Shown here in pieces: positions 38,205 to 48,637 of a stretch of DNA of 64,000 nt (positions are counted from its first letter, which is position 1; every line of letters starts with the position of its first letter). Location of the stretch: contig JBFFUI010000001.1 of assembly GCA_041571435.1 (NCBI GenBank), positions 1-64,000 on the forward strand, in the 5' to 3' direction. The notes beneath the pieces were generated by a model. The model was not told the DNA's origin. It was given only the letters and a program-made list of their open reading frames with translations, and ran no database searches. Source of the DNA: Sulfurimonadaceae bacterium. Lineage in GTDB: Bacteria; Campylobacterota; Campylobacteria; Campylobacterales; Sulfurimonadaceae. A program made the translations under genes and the position numbers.

Positions 38205-40016
38205 TTATAATAGATGTTTATTGATCCAATACGACAGTACATAGAGGCCCCAGACATGCTGTTTAAAACGACCGCGTTTGCCGCGTTCAATATACTCTTT
38301 AAGTACTTCACGGTTAAAGAGCCCGGTCTTGTCGTTCACGGCTTCGATAAGGTCTATCTTGCCTGAAGCGGCCAGCCACTCCATATAGGGGTTGGAGAAC
38401 CCTTTTTTCTTTCGACTGATCACCGAATCGGGAAGATAGTCCGCTGCGACTTTTTTCAACAGCGCCTTCGTAACGCCATCCTGATAGCGTAGATGCGGTG
38501 CGATACTGAAGACCGTCTCCGCCAGATTATGGTCAAGAAACGGCGTTCGTGATTCGATGGAGTGTGCCATCGAGACGCGGTCAAGCTTGGTCAAAAAGTG
38601 TTCGGCCTGGAAGAGCTTGAGGTCTATATAGCTGTACCAGATGCTCGGATCGCTATGCCCGCTTGCCTCAAATGCACTGCGGTATGGTGCCAGGAAACGC
38701 AGACCGTCCCCGTCTTTGATGTTTTGACGCATCAGGATGTTTTTTTGCAGATCGGTGAACTTCTCACCCGAGGTCCGAAAGAGCAGCTGCTCGTCAAAGA
38801 CCCGCTTGTACCACTCCCACTCCCTGTTCATGGAGAAGTTGGCGCGAAAATACTTTTTAAGCCAGTTCTTGTGCTGCAGCGAAGCCGCCTTTTCGATATC
38901 GAGGTACTCAAAATACTGACGGTATCCAAGAAAGAGCTCGTCGCTTCCCTCACCGCTGAGCACCACTTTGTACCCCTTTTTTTTGATCCCCTCAAAGAGC
39001 AGATAAAGTGGGATCGCGGCCGGATCGTTAAGCGGCTCGTCCATTGTATCAAAGACCTTTTCACTCGCCCCGATAAAATCATCCTGTGTTATCTCGATCG
39101 CACTGTTCTTGACCCCCAGAGCCTCCGCCGTAAAATTGGCATTTTGGCGTTCGTCATAGTTCTTATACTCGGCATAGCCCAGAGTGAAGGTGTGCAATGA
39201 CGTCCCCTGCTCTTTGGCGATCGCCGCGATCAGCGCACTGTCTATGCCGCCGGAAAGCAGTGACGCCATCGGCACATCGGCACTCAAACGCAGCCTGATA
39301 CTCTCGGTCAAACCCTCTTCTATCTTCTCTATCGCCACCTTTTCATCAGTGATGGACGATGAGGGGGTATCCAACAGCGAGTAGTAACTTTTTTTCGCGA
39401 TCTTCGTACCGTCAAAATGGAGCATCTCGCCCGCTTCCAGCTTCTGGACCCCTTCAAAAAAGGTGTGCGGCGGTGTCGGTGCCAGAAAACCCAGGTAACT
39501 GCTCAAGGCATCTTTATTGAGTCGTTTTTTGTTCAGAAACGGGACAACTCCTTTTATCTCGGAAGCGAAGACGAAGCGGGCTCTGTCATGCAGATAATAG
39601 AGGGGTTTTTTGCCCAAACGGTCACGTATGAGATAGAGGTCCTTGCCGTCCAAAAGGGCAATAGCGAACATCCCTACAAGATGTTCAATAAAGTCCAGAC
39701 CCCACTTTTTATAGGCAGCCAGCAGCACCTCCGTGTCCGAGTCACTCTTAAAACTGAAATCGGAAGAGAGCTCTTCGCGTAACGTTTTATGGTTGTATAT
39801 CTCCCCGTTAAAGCTGAGCAGCAGCTCTCCATGACGCATCGGCTGGTGGGCCTTGGCCTGCAGGTCAACAATACTCAGGCGGTTGTGGGCGAAAAAGAGT
39901 TGTTCCTGCTCAACGATCCCGCAGTAGTCAGGTCCGCGGTGCGTCATACTGCCAAGTGCCTGACGCGCCTGAGCAGGGTTGTACTCACCCAGTATCCCAA
40001 AGATGGCGCACATCAC
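38205..40016 (-). CDS. asnB: Asparagine synthase (glutamine-hydrolysing) family amidotransferase
   Basis: N-terminal MCAIFG, HRGPD, FNGEIYN, LLSGGIDS, SGEGSDELF. Confidence 0.92.
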   Translation of the reverse strand: MMCAIFGILGEYNPAQARQALGSMTHRGPDYCGIVEQEQLFFAHNRLSIVDLQAKAHQPMRHGELLLSFNGEIYNHKTLREELSSDFSFKSDSDTEVLLAAYKKWGLDFIEHLVGMFAIALLDGKDLYLIRDRLGKKPLYYLHDRARFVFASEIKGVVPFLNKKRLNKDALSSYLGFLAPTPPHTFFEGVQKLEAGEMLHFDGTKIAKKSYYSLLDTPSSSITDEKVAIEKIEEGLTESIRLRLSADVPMASLLSGGIDSALIAAIAKEQGTSLHTFTLGYAEYKNYDERQNANFTAEALGVKNSAIEITQDDFIGASEKVFDTMDEPLNDPAAIPLYLLFEGIKKKGYKVVLSGEGSDELFLGYRQYFEYLDIEKAASLQHKNWLKKYFRANFSMNREWEWYKRVFDEQLLFRTSGEKFTDLQKNILMRQNIKDGDGLRFLAPYRSAFEASGHSDPSIWYSYIDLKLFQAEHFLTKLDRVSMAHSIESRTPFLDHNLAETVFSIAPHLRYQDGVTKALLKKVAADYLPDSVISRKKKGFSNPYMEWLAASGKIDLIEAVNDKTGLFNREVLKEYIERGKRGRFKQHVWGLYVLSYWINKHLL

Positions 40017-40618
40017 GCACCTCCTTGAGACGATGGTTGCGTGTTCTTCTGTAAATAGACCGTAAAGTCTTTCGGCAGATACCCTCTCTGCATACGAAAC
40101 GATACCCCAAGCGCTTTGGCAAGCTCCTCGATCTCTTCCGGTCGGTAATAGTTATAGACCATCGAACTGTCCTCGCCTTCCAACAGGTTAAAAACAAACC
40201 CTTTTTTGCTCGCATGCAGACAGCGTATGATAAACATGTCCGTCTCTTCACGCGTCAATATGTTCATCGCACCGCTGCAGATGTAGTAGTCGGCTTCCGG
40301 CAGAGGGTCTCTCAGCACATCACACTTTCTAATCTCACTATCGACCCTCTTACGTGCCGCTTCGACCATCGTTTCCATGATCTCCAATCCGATATAAGAT
40401 CGGGGAGCGCAATGCTCTTTTTCCATATAGATATAGAGGTCGGCGAACCCGCATCCCACATCCACGACGCTCTCGTTCCCGCTGAGCTCGATCATTTCCA
40501 GAAGGATCTCAAACCGCTTGTACTGCGTCTGCTGTGAATTCCAATGTACCCCTCGGGCACTGACACCGTGACGTTCAATCACTTCACTGTAATACCGATC
40601 ATTATCAATCCGACTCAT
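40013..40618 (-). CDS. Class I SAM-dependent methyltransferase
   Basis: VVDVGCGFADL. Confidence 0.85.
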   Translation of the reverse strand: MSRIDNDRYYSEVIERHGVSARGVHWNSQQTQYKRFEILLEMIELSGNESVVDVGCGFADLYIYMEKEHCAPRSYIGLEIMETMVEAARKRVDSEIRKCDVLRDPLPEADYYICSGAMNILTREETDMFIIRCLHASKKGFVFNLLEGEDSSMVYNYYRPEEIEELAKALGVSFRMQRGYLPKDFTVYLQKNTQPSSQGGA

Positions 40619-40685
40619 AGCGGTATTATAGTAAAATCCATAGATATATTACGACTGCCGCACAAAAGTGGAGAAAGGGGTAACA

Positions 40686-41558
40686 ATGGCGAAACGAAAA
40701 CCTATCCATGCTCTGGAGCTCGGCGGTACTCTCTTCGTTCCGGCTTCGCACAAAAACCTGGATGCCATTCTCTCCGGCCGGAAATACCCCGAACTGCGCT
40801 CCGTCGTCATCGATTTTGAAGACGGGCTGACCAGTACCGACCAGCCTAAAGCCTTGTCCAACCTGGGAAAGCCCCTGGACAAACTGCAAGAAAGCAAGCT
40901 CCTGCGTTTTATCCGGCCCCGAAGCCCGCAGATGTTAAAAACATTGCTGCGACATAAGAGCATCAATAGACTAGACGGGTTTATTCTTCCCAAATTCGGT
41001 CTCTACAACGCTGGCGAATACCTGACCTTAATAGACGGACACAGTTTCATGCCAAGCATTGAAGGCGAAGAGCTTTTCGACACCCAAAAGCTCCAACAAC
41101 TCCGCGACCTTCTGCTGCCACATCAAGAACGTATCATCTGCATCCGTTTCGGTGCGCAGGACATGCTGCGCCAACTCAGACTCCGGCAAGCCGGTTCCAT
41201 CTACGACATGCTCGCTCCAGCCCAGGTCATCGGAAACCTCATCGCCACCTTTAAGTCCCACGGTTTTGAGGTCAGTGCCCCGGTCTTTCCAGACTTTTCT
41301 GACACAGAGGGCTTTCAAAAAGAGATCAGCTATGAACTACACAACGGATTCATCTCCAAGACCATCATCCACCCTGGCCAGATCGAGCCATTGAATGTGC
41401 TCTACCGTGTAACGGAGCAGGAGCTGCAGGAGGCAAAAGCCTTGCTGTCGCAACAAGATGGGGTCGTGAATCTTGAGGGGAAAATGGGCGAGACCAATAC
41501 CCAAAGTCCCTGGGCCAAACAGATTCTGGAGAGGTACAAACTTTTCAATGTTGTCTAG
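40686..41558 (+). CDS. HpcH/HpaI aldolase / citrate lyase beta-like protein
   Basis: LGGTLFVPA, IDFEDGL, KTIIHPGQI. Confidence 0.8.
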   Translation: MAKRKPIHALELGGTLFVPASHKNLDAILSGRKYPELRSVVIDFEDGLTSTDQPKALSNLGKPLDKLQESKLLRFIRPRSPQMLKTLLRHKSINRLDGFILPKFGLYNAGEYLTLIDGHSFMPSIEGEELFDTQKLQQLRDLLLPHQERIICIRFGAQDMLRQLRLRQAGSIYDMLAPAQVIGNLIATFKSHGFEVSAPVFPDFSDTEGFQKEISYELHNGFISKTIIHPGQIEPLNVLYRVTEQELQEAKALLSQQDGVVNLEGKMGETNTQSPWAKQILERYKLFNVV

Positions 41559-42744
41559 AATAGTGCTCTTTTGTCTCTCTACATTAGCTATCTGGGCCCA
41601 AGAGGCCGCCCCGGCTGGCCTTGACCTTCGCAATTTCCGGGGAGATGTCCAGCTTTACACCTATGACATCAACCTTCCGGGTTCGGATTACGATGCCTAT
41701 GCAACAGCCATTGGAGGCAGGTTGGGCTACAAAACCGGCCCCTACTACCGCTTTGGTATCGAGCTTGAATATGCCGGATCACATGCGGTCGGAAACACCA
41801 AAAATGCTGAACGGCTTCAACTTTTTGACAACGACACCCCTTCCCTTCATCTCAATGCGCTTTCCCAAGGCAATCTCTTCTATCAGAACCCGACCACCTA
41901 TTTCCGTCTCGGCGCACAGACCATGAGCACCCCGCTCTTCAATGAAGACCCGACCCGCATCGTACCCTGGGGTGCAACCGGTGCGACCATCACCTATAAT
42001 CGGGTAGAAGACCTTACTTTGATCGGGGCAGCGATCAACACAATCCGCAGCAACACCTCCTCTGTCTATCGTAAAGAGAGTGCCAGCGGACCGATAGACC
42101 ATGGGCTCTATTTTCTTGGCGGCAGCTATAGCATCAATGACGGAAACTGGATGCAGGCCTATTACTATCTGGCGCCAAACCTCTATGACTCGCTCTACCT
42201 GCAGTACGAATACCGCCGTACGCTCTTTGACGATGCCCTGGTCTGCTTCGGTATTCAATACATCAAGACCTACACCAACGGCGGGAGCAGTTCGCAGGCC
42301 GTAACCGACAGCCCGATAGGCGGTGATGATGTCAATCTGGCAGCTTTCAAAGCCAGCGTCAACTATCAGGACCTCGACCTGCAGTTGAGCTACTCTAAAA
42401 ACAGCGGCCAAAGCGGTATCAGTAATGCCTATGGCGGATTGAGCAAGGTCTACACCTCTTCCATGATCGCCAACGGCCGCAAGAACAACCGCCCGGAGAC
42501 CTGGTCATTCAAAGCGGCCTACGACATTTTTCACTCCGAATATTTTGGCAATACCGAAGCAGGACTGTGGTTGACAAAAACAGATTATCAGGACGTCACC
42601 GAAGCAGACTTCTTCTCCACCTATGCCCACCTTCGCCACTACTTCGGCATTAACACATCCGCCTATCTGCGTGTTGAACAGATCGACTATGACGGCATAG
42701 ATGATGCGGTGTTTTTACGGCTTATTTTGAAACAGGAGTTTTAA
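41548..42744 (+). CDS. Outer-membrane porin (OprD/Campylobacterota type)
   Basis: Start MLSRIV at 41548; signal peptide; C-terminal LRLILKQEF. Confidence 0.7.
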   Translation: MLSRIVLFCLSTLAIWAQEAAPAGLDLRNFRGDVQLYTYDINLPGSDYDAYATAIGGRLGYKTGPYYRFGIELEYAGSHAVGNTKNAERLQLFDNDTPSLHLNALSQGNLFYQNPTTYFRLGAQTMSTPLFNEDPTRIVPWGATGATITYNRVEDLTLIGAAINTIRSNTSSVYRKESASGPIDHGLYFLGGSYSINDGNWMQAYYYLAPNLYDSLYLQYEYRRTLFDDALVCFGIQYIKTYTNGGSSSQAVTDSPIGGDDVNLAAFKASVNYQDLDLQLSYSKNSGQSGISNAYGGLSKVYTSSMIANGRKNNRPETWSFKAAYDIFHSEYFGNTEAGLWLTKTDYQDVTEADFFSTYAHLRHYFGINTSAYLRVEQIDYDGIDDAVFLRLILKQEF

Positions 42745-43119
42745 GGTCATCTGGAAGTCTGATATCGATATTGATACAAGTGGGTAAAACAGACCTGTTC
42801 CTTGTCGTCAGGTCCACAAGAAAGTTTTGACAATAACTATGAATCTCTACCCCGCACCCTAGTCATAGTATCTGTCGCTATACTCGGTACAAACAGATAA
42901 ATTACGTTACAATGATTTGGATCATTTGTATCAATTAATGGACAGTTCAATCTATACTTTATTTCTATGATCTACTGCTCTTTTGAAACAATGGGGCGAA
43001 TAAGGAACATGTTAGTATTGGACTTATCTGGAGAAGAGTATTATGAATCCATTAATGGCATCCGACAAAGCTATACTGCTTGATCACGATATGATATTTT
43101 TCGAAAAAGAGCTGTAACG

Positions 43120-44052
43120 ATGCAAAAAACTTCTGTCAGTGTCATCATTCCGACGTATAACAGAGCTCATTTAGTCGAAAAAGCCATCCAAAGTGTTCTG
43201 CAACAAGACTATCCTGACTTTGAAATCATTGTTGTCGATGACTGTTCCACCGATAATACTGAAGACATTGTAAAAAACATAAATGACAGACGCATAAAAT
43301 TTATTAAGCATCTCCAGAACAAAGGGGCCAATACCGCTAGAAACACCGGTATCAAGGCTGCGATAGGAGAATATATTGCTTTCCAGGACAGTGATGATGA
43401 ATGGGCACCTGGTAAACTATCCAAACAGGTAGCTGAATTTAATAAGGCTTCTCAGGATATCGGTGTCGTTTATACTGCTTTTTGGCGTATTGAGGGAGAG
43501 AAAAAAACCTATACACCCTCAGCCGATATACTTAAAACAGACGGCTTTATCCTTGAAGAGCTCTTAAAGCGCAACTTCATCACGACCCAGTCGATCCTGG
43601 TCAAAAAAGCTTGCTTTGAAGAGGTCGGTCTTTTTGACGAGACGATGCCGCGTCTTCAGGATTGGGAGTTGTTGCTGCGCCTCTCCAAACGGTACCCGTT
43701 CCTTTTTATCGACGAGCCGCTGGTTAACGTCTACCACACTCCGGGCAGCATCACCTCCAATCAAGAAGCGTTGACAAAGGCTCTGGTGTTGATGCTTGAA
43801 AAACATCATGACGATTTTGCCAAATACAAAAAGGTACTTGCCAATTTCAACTGCTATATCGGTCAGCAGTTTTTCTTGTCCGGCGACCTCAGGAAAAGTT
43901 TGTACTACTGTAAAGAAGCCTTGAAAATCCAACCGGGCAATCCAAAGTTCTGGCTCATTCTGGCCACTTTTTTACTGGGAAGGACCCTCTATGTCAAAAT
44001 CAAAAATTTTGTCATAACCGTCATCAAACTCTTTTCCATAAAAAAACGCTAA
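43120..44052 (+). CDS. Glycosyltransferase family 2
   Basis: VSVIIPTYNR, VVDDCSTD, FQDSDD. Confidence 0.92.
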   Translation: MQKTSVSVIIPTYNRAHLVEKAIQSVLQQDYPDFEIIVVDDCSTDNTEDIVKNINDRRIKFIKHLQNKGANTARNTGIKAAIGEYIAFQDSDDEWAPGKLSKQVAEFNKASQDIGVVYTAFWRIEGEKKTYTPSADILKTDGFILEELLKRNFITTQSILVKKACFEEVGLFDETMPRLQDWELLLRLSKRYPFLFIDEPLVNVYHTPGSITSNQEALTKALVLMLEKHHDDFAKYKKVLANFNCYIGQQFFLSGDLRKSLYYCKEALKIQPGNPKFWLILATFLLGRTLYVKIKNFVITVIKLFSIKKR

Positions 44053-44097
44053 AATGCAGCAAAAGCCTGACAGCAATCTAAGAGGAACAGATATAGC

Positions 44098-44802
44098 ATG
44101 ATATCCGTCTGCATCGCGACCTATAACGGTGAACAGTACATCAAAGCCCAGCTTGACTCGATTTTATGCCAACTTTCAGATGGTGATGAGATCATCATCT
44201 CGGATGACAGTTCCAGCGACCGGACAGTCGAAATAATCAAGAGTTTTGATTCCGACATCATTGTTCTGTTGGAGAACCAAACATTCAGAAGTCCGGTTTT
44301 CAATTTTGAAAACACCCTGAACCATGCAAAAAACGACTTCATTTTTCTTTCGGATCAGGACGATATATGGGAAGAGAACAAAGTCAGCACTATCATGCAA
44401 CATTTGCAGCACAATGATCTCGTCTTGAGTGACGCTTCACTTATCGATGCCGAAGGAAAAGAGATCAATGCCTCTTTTTTTGCGCTTAACGGATCCGCTC
44501 CCGGACTGTTCAAAAATCTGGTGAAAAACTCCTATATCGGCTGCACGATGGCCTTTAACCGAAAGATCCTTGAGCAGGCACTCCCTTTTCCGGAGAACAC
44601 ACCTATGCACGACTGGTGGATAGGGCTGATCGCTGAGATGTTCGGAAAAGTCTATTTTTGTAAAGAGCCGCTTGTCCACTACCGCAGGCATGATGCCAAT
44701 GCATCCGCGAGTGCCGAAAAAAGTCCTTATGGTTTCGGAGAAAAAATATCGATGCGCCTTATTCTTCTCGTCAACTTGGCAAAAAGGTGGTTCAGAAAAT
44801 GA
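44098..44802 (+). CDS. Glycosyltransferase family 2 (rhamnosyltransferase-like)
   Basis: SVCIATYNGE, LSDQDDIW, HDWW. Confidence 0.9.
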   Translation: MISVCIATYNGEQYIKAQLDSILCQLSDGDEIIISDDSSSDRTVEIIKSFDSDIIVLLENQTFRSPVFNFENTLNHAKNDFIFLSDQDDIWEENKVSTIMQHLQHNDLVLSDASLIDAEGKEINASFFALNGSAPGLFKNLVKNSYIGCTMAFNRKILEQALPFPENTPMHDWWIGLIAEMFGKVYFCKEPLVHYRRHDANASASAEKSPYGFGEKISMRLILLVNLAKRWFRK

Positions 44803-45629
44803 GCCTTGTCACCGCCTCTATCGTTATCTACAACAATGCACCTGATGTTTTAAACAAAGCCATCGACAGCTTTTTAAACACCGAACTTGATGTTCACCTG
44901 TACCTTGTGGATAACTCTCCAACCGATCAGCTGCATACGGCATGGGATGACCCGCGCGTCACTTACATCTTTAACGGTCAAAACCTCGGCTACGGTGCCG
45001 CACATAATGTTGCCATCAAGAGGGCCATGAAGCAAGAGAGCCGCTACCATCTCGTGCTCAACCCGGATGTCTATTTTGAACAAGGGGTGATTGAAACGCT
45101 CCAAACGTATATGGATGACAATCCGGATGTCGGGCTGGTGATGCCGAAGGTCCTCTACCCGGACGGCAGGGAGCAGAGGCTGTGCAAACTCTCTCCGGCA
45201 CCTAAAGACCAGTTCTACCGCCGCTTTATGCCGATCCGCTCCATTCTCGAAAGACGCAATGAGCTCTATGAACTGCGTGGAGCTGACTTTACGCAAGAGA
45301 TGAACGTCCCTTTTCTATCGGGGTCATTTATGTTTTTGCGTATTGATGCCCTTAAAAAAGTCGGCTTGTTTGATGAGCACATCTTCATGTACCTTGAAGA
45401 TGCCGACCTCTGCAGACGGCTGCATCGTCATTACAGGACCATGTACTATCCAAAGGTATCCATTGTCCATGAGTTCTTCAAAGGCTCGCATAAAAGCTGG
45501 CGCCTGATGTTCTTTCACATTCGCAGTGCCCTCTACTATTTCACAAAATGGGGATGGTTTATCGACAAAGAACGCGACGAAATTAATGAAAAAACGATTC
45601 AGCGAGAGCTGAAAAAAGTTGGAACATAA
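44799..45629 (+). CDS. Glycosyltransferase family 2 (WbbL-like)
   Basis: NLGYGAAHN, LNPD, FDEHIFMYLEDADLC. Confidence 0.88.
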   Translation: MSLVTASIVIYNNAPDVLNKAIDSFLNTELDVHLYLVDNSPTDQLHTAWDDPRVTYIFNGQNLGYGAAHNVAIKRAMKQESRYHLVLNPDVYFEQGVIETLQTYMDDNPDVGLVMPKVLYPDGREQRLCKLSPAPKDQFYRRFMPIRSILERRNELYELRGADFTQEMNVPFLSGSFMFLRIDALKKVGLFDEHIFMYLEDADLCRRLHRHYRTMYYPKVSIVHEFFKGSHKSWRLMFFHIRSALYYFTKWGWFIDKERDEINEKTIQRELKKVGT

Positions 45630-45686
45630 CCACATCTTATGCCATTTGAGATAAAATACGACATAATCTAACAAAGAGAGTTTCAC

Positions 45687-47777
45687 TTGCCACACATTAA
45701 TACAATAACAACCAAGCACATCCTCATATTGGCCGTCATTGCCTATCTGTTTTCATTCGCGGTACGCATGATCTGGGTCTTCCAGTTTCAGGACAACCCG
45801 CAGTTTATCTGGAACGGCCAGTTGATGATCAACACCAATGACGGCTACTTCTTTGCTTCAAGTGCACAAAAATGGTTGGAGGGGACACTGCAACATAATC
45901 CGCAGACGGGGGGACTTTTTTATACAGCAGCTATCACATTTTCAGCATTGGCTACCAAATATCTGCCTTTTTCTCTCGACACCGTGATCCTCTATATGCC
46001 TGCTGTTGTCTCCAGCCTTGTCGTTATCCCTATCATTCTTATCGGACGCCTTTTCGGTATGACCGCAGTCGGCTTTTTCGCGGCACTTTTAGGCTCTATC
46101 GCATGGAGTTACTACAACCGTACCATGATAGGGTATTTCGACACCGACATGTTCTCTGCAATGGCGCCGATGTTTATCCTCTATTTCCTCCTTGCTACGA
46201 TAAAAAGTGAAAAATTTGTCTTTGCCCTGTTAAGCGCTTTGGGTATTTTGGTCTATCCGTTCCTCTATGACCATGGGCGTGCCATTGTCTATGCGATGGG
46301 AATCCTCTACATGCTCTACATGATCATATTCCACCGCAAAGATGCCTTTACCTATCACTCTATATTGCTTATTGCCATCAGTTTGATGGCGATCAATCCC
46401 TGGGTGCAGCTCGCAGTTATCATTGCACTTTTCATCGCCATAAAAAGAGAGCTGATAAGCGCCAATGCCTCTCTCTACAGCTCTATCCTCGCCGTTTTCC
46501 TGTTTCTCTACACGGGGCATGTGTTCGAGCTGCTCTGGATGCGGGTCTCGATGTACTTCAACCGTGGTGTCGAAAGCAGCGGCCTGCACTTTTACCAGGT
46601 CATTCAAACGGTGCGTGAAGCGGGCCAGATCCCCTTTGAGACCATGGCGAACCGTATCTCCGGTTCTGTGCTTGGACTGTTCGCTGCACTTGCTGGCTAT
46701 ATCGTTCTTGTCGTACGCCATAGAGAGTTTATTTTGGCACTGCCGCTTATCGGTATCGGTGTCTTTTCCCTCTTCGGCGGGTTGCGCTTTACCGTCTATG
46801 CGGTGCCTGTGGCTGCGATCGGTGCCGTCTATTTGTTTCATGTCATCGCAATGTATGCGAAAGAGAAGAAACTCTACTACCTTATTCTGTCCCTATTGAC
46901 AGCAGCAGCGATCTATCCGAATATCACCCACATCATAGGGTACAAAGTACCGACCGTCTTTATGCAAAAAGAGGTGCAGATACTGGATGATCTGAAAAAA
47001 CAGTCATCCTCAAAAGACTATGTTATCACTTGGTGGGACTACGGCTACCCTATCTGGTACTACGGAGACAAAAACACCCTGATCGACGGCGGTAAACATA
47101 ACAATGACAACTTCATCGTCTCCGAGATCATGCTCACGACATCACCGCTGGAAGCGGCACGCCTTTCGCGTCTTGCTGTAGAGACCTATGTGGCTTCTGA
47201 CTACAAAAACATTGCCAACACCCTCTTCAAGAACCGTCAGCCGGATCAGGTCGATGTAAGCGCTTATCTTGAGAACCTGCGTTATGGTGATGTCCAGCTT
47301 CCTGAAAAAAGCCGTGATATCTTTCTCTATTTTCCGATGCGTATGCTGGACATTCTGCCGACGGTCAAGATATTCTCCAACATCGATCTTAGTACCGGTA
47401 AAGCGCTCTCTTCGCCATTCTTTTACTCGACGCAGCGTTTCCAGGATAACGCCGGTATTCTCAATCTTGGCAATAGCGTCGCCTTGCTAAAACAGGAAGG
47501 TGTGGTTCAGATCGGCAATCAAAAAGTGCCTCTGGGTGAATTCATCAAAGTGCGCTACAACCAACAAGGCAAGATTGAAGTCAACAGACAGACCATTACT
47601 CCGATGTCGCGTCTCTCTCTGATCTACCTTGAGTCATACCAGAGGTTTATTCTGCTCGACAGCGAGTACCTCAACTCGACCTACATCCAGATGTATATCT
47701 TCGAGAACTATGATAAAGAGCTCTTCGAACCGGTGATCCTGGATCCGTTGGTAAAAATATACAAACTAAAGATATGA
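45687..47777 (+). CDS. pglB: STT3-family N-oligosaccharyltransferase
   Basis: NTNDGYFFA, YYNRTMIGYFDTDM, RFTVY, WWDYGY, DGGKH. Confidence 0.95.
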   Translation: MPHINTITTKHILILAVIAYLFSFAVRMIWVFQFQDNPQFIWNGQLMINTNDGYFFASSAQKWLEGTLQHNPQTGGLFYTAAITFSALATKYLPFSLDTVILYMPAVVSSLVVIPIILIGRLFGMTAVGFFAALLGSIAWSYYNRTMIGYFDTDMFSAMAPMFILYFLLATIKSEKFVFALLSALGILVYPFLYDHGRAIVYAMGILYMLYMIIFHRKDAFTYHSILLIAISLMAINPWVQLAVIIALFIAIKRELISANASLYSSILAVFLFLYTGHVFELLWMRVSMYFNRGVESSGLHFYQVIQTVREAGQIPFETMANRISGSVLGLFAALAGYIVLVVRHREFILALPLIGIGVFSLFGGLRFTVYAVPVAAIGAVYLFHVIAMYAKEKKLYYLILSLLTAAAIYPNITHIIGYKVPTVFMQKEVQILDDLKKQSSSKDYVITWWDYGYPIWYYGDKNTLIDGGKHNNDNFIVSEIMLTTSPLEAARLSRLAVETYVASDYKNIANTLFKNRQPDQVDVSAYLENLRYGDVQLPEKSRDIFLYFPMRMLDILPTVKIFSNIDLSTGKALSSPFFYSTQRFQDNAGILNLGNSVALLKQEGVVQIGNQKVPLGEFIKVRYNQQGKIEVNRQTITPMSRLSLIYLESYQRFILLDSEYLNSTYIQMYIFENYDKELFEPVILDPLVKIYKLKI

Positions 47778-48637
47778 GACTCCTGCTCACGGGTGCGACC
47801 GGCTTTATTGGCTCCTCTTTTTACGCGCACTATCGAGACAGGTTTGAGATAGAGACCTTCGACTTTCGAAATGATCCGAAGGCTCTCTTTCTGGACAATA
47901 TCGACACAGTTGTCCACCTTGCAGCTCTTGTCCACCAGATGGACGGCGCTTCTGCAGAGGCTTACCGTGAGGTCAATGTCGTAAAGACCGTCGCTCTTGC
48001 CAAACAGGCCAAAGCCGACGGTGTAAAACAGTTTGTCTTTATGAGCAGTGTCAAAGTCTATGGCGAAGAGAGCGATACACCCTATGATGAGACGACACCC
48101 TGCCATCCAAAAGACCCTTACGGAGAGAGCAAACTGGAGGCCGAAAACGCACTGCTCTCTCTGCAGAGTGACACCTTTACCGTCTCTATTATCCGTACAC
48201 CGGTCGTCTATGGAGAAGGGGTAAAGGCCAATATCCTAAAACTCATCAGCTTGACAAACCGCTACAGCTACCTCCCTTTTGGCGGGATCAACAACAAACG
48301 CAGCATGGTCTACCTTGAGAACCTGACGCACCTTATCGCCGAGGTTGTCTTACAGAACAGGGGTGGTATCTTTTTGGCCAGTGATGACAGCCCGATCAGC
48401 ACATCATACTTGATAGAGCAGATAGCAACTGCTTTAGAGAAAAAATGCAGACTTTTCTCTTTTATACCGTTAAAAGTTCTGCTTCAACGATTTAAACCCC
48501 AGCTCTTTCAGCGCCTTTATGGCAATCTTTATGTCGACAACGTACGTACAAAAGCCTCTTTGCATCTTAGCAACCCCTACACTGCCCAGGAAGGCATCGA
48601 AAGAATGGTATCCTGGTATAAGGAGCAAAGGCAATGA
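47774..48637 (+). CDS. NAD-dependent epimerase/reductase (WbpK/WbpV-like)
   Basis: TGATGFIG, HLAALVH, SSVKVYGE, YGESK. Confidence 0.85.
   Translation: MRLLLTGATGFIGSSFYAHYRDRFEIETFDFRNDPKALFLDNIDTVVHLAALVHQMDGASAEAYREVNVVKTVALAKQAKADGVKQFVFMSSVKVYGEESDTPYDETTPCHPKDPYGESKLEAENALLSLQSDTFTVSIIRTPVVYGEGVKANILKLISLTNRYSYLPFGGINNKRSMVYLENLTHLIAEVVLQNRGGIFLASDDSPISTSYLIEQIATALEKKCRLFSFIPLKVLLQRFKPQLFQRLYGNLYVDNVRTKASLHLSNPYTAQEGIERMVSWYKEQRQ

Noticed and set aside
42745-43119. 375-nt gap upstream of the glycosyltransferases as an ncRNA or JUMPStart site
   Set aside because: No ops/JUMPStart motif or convincing structure visible
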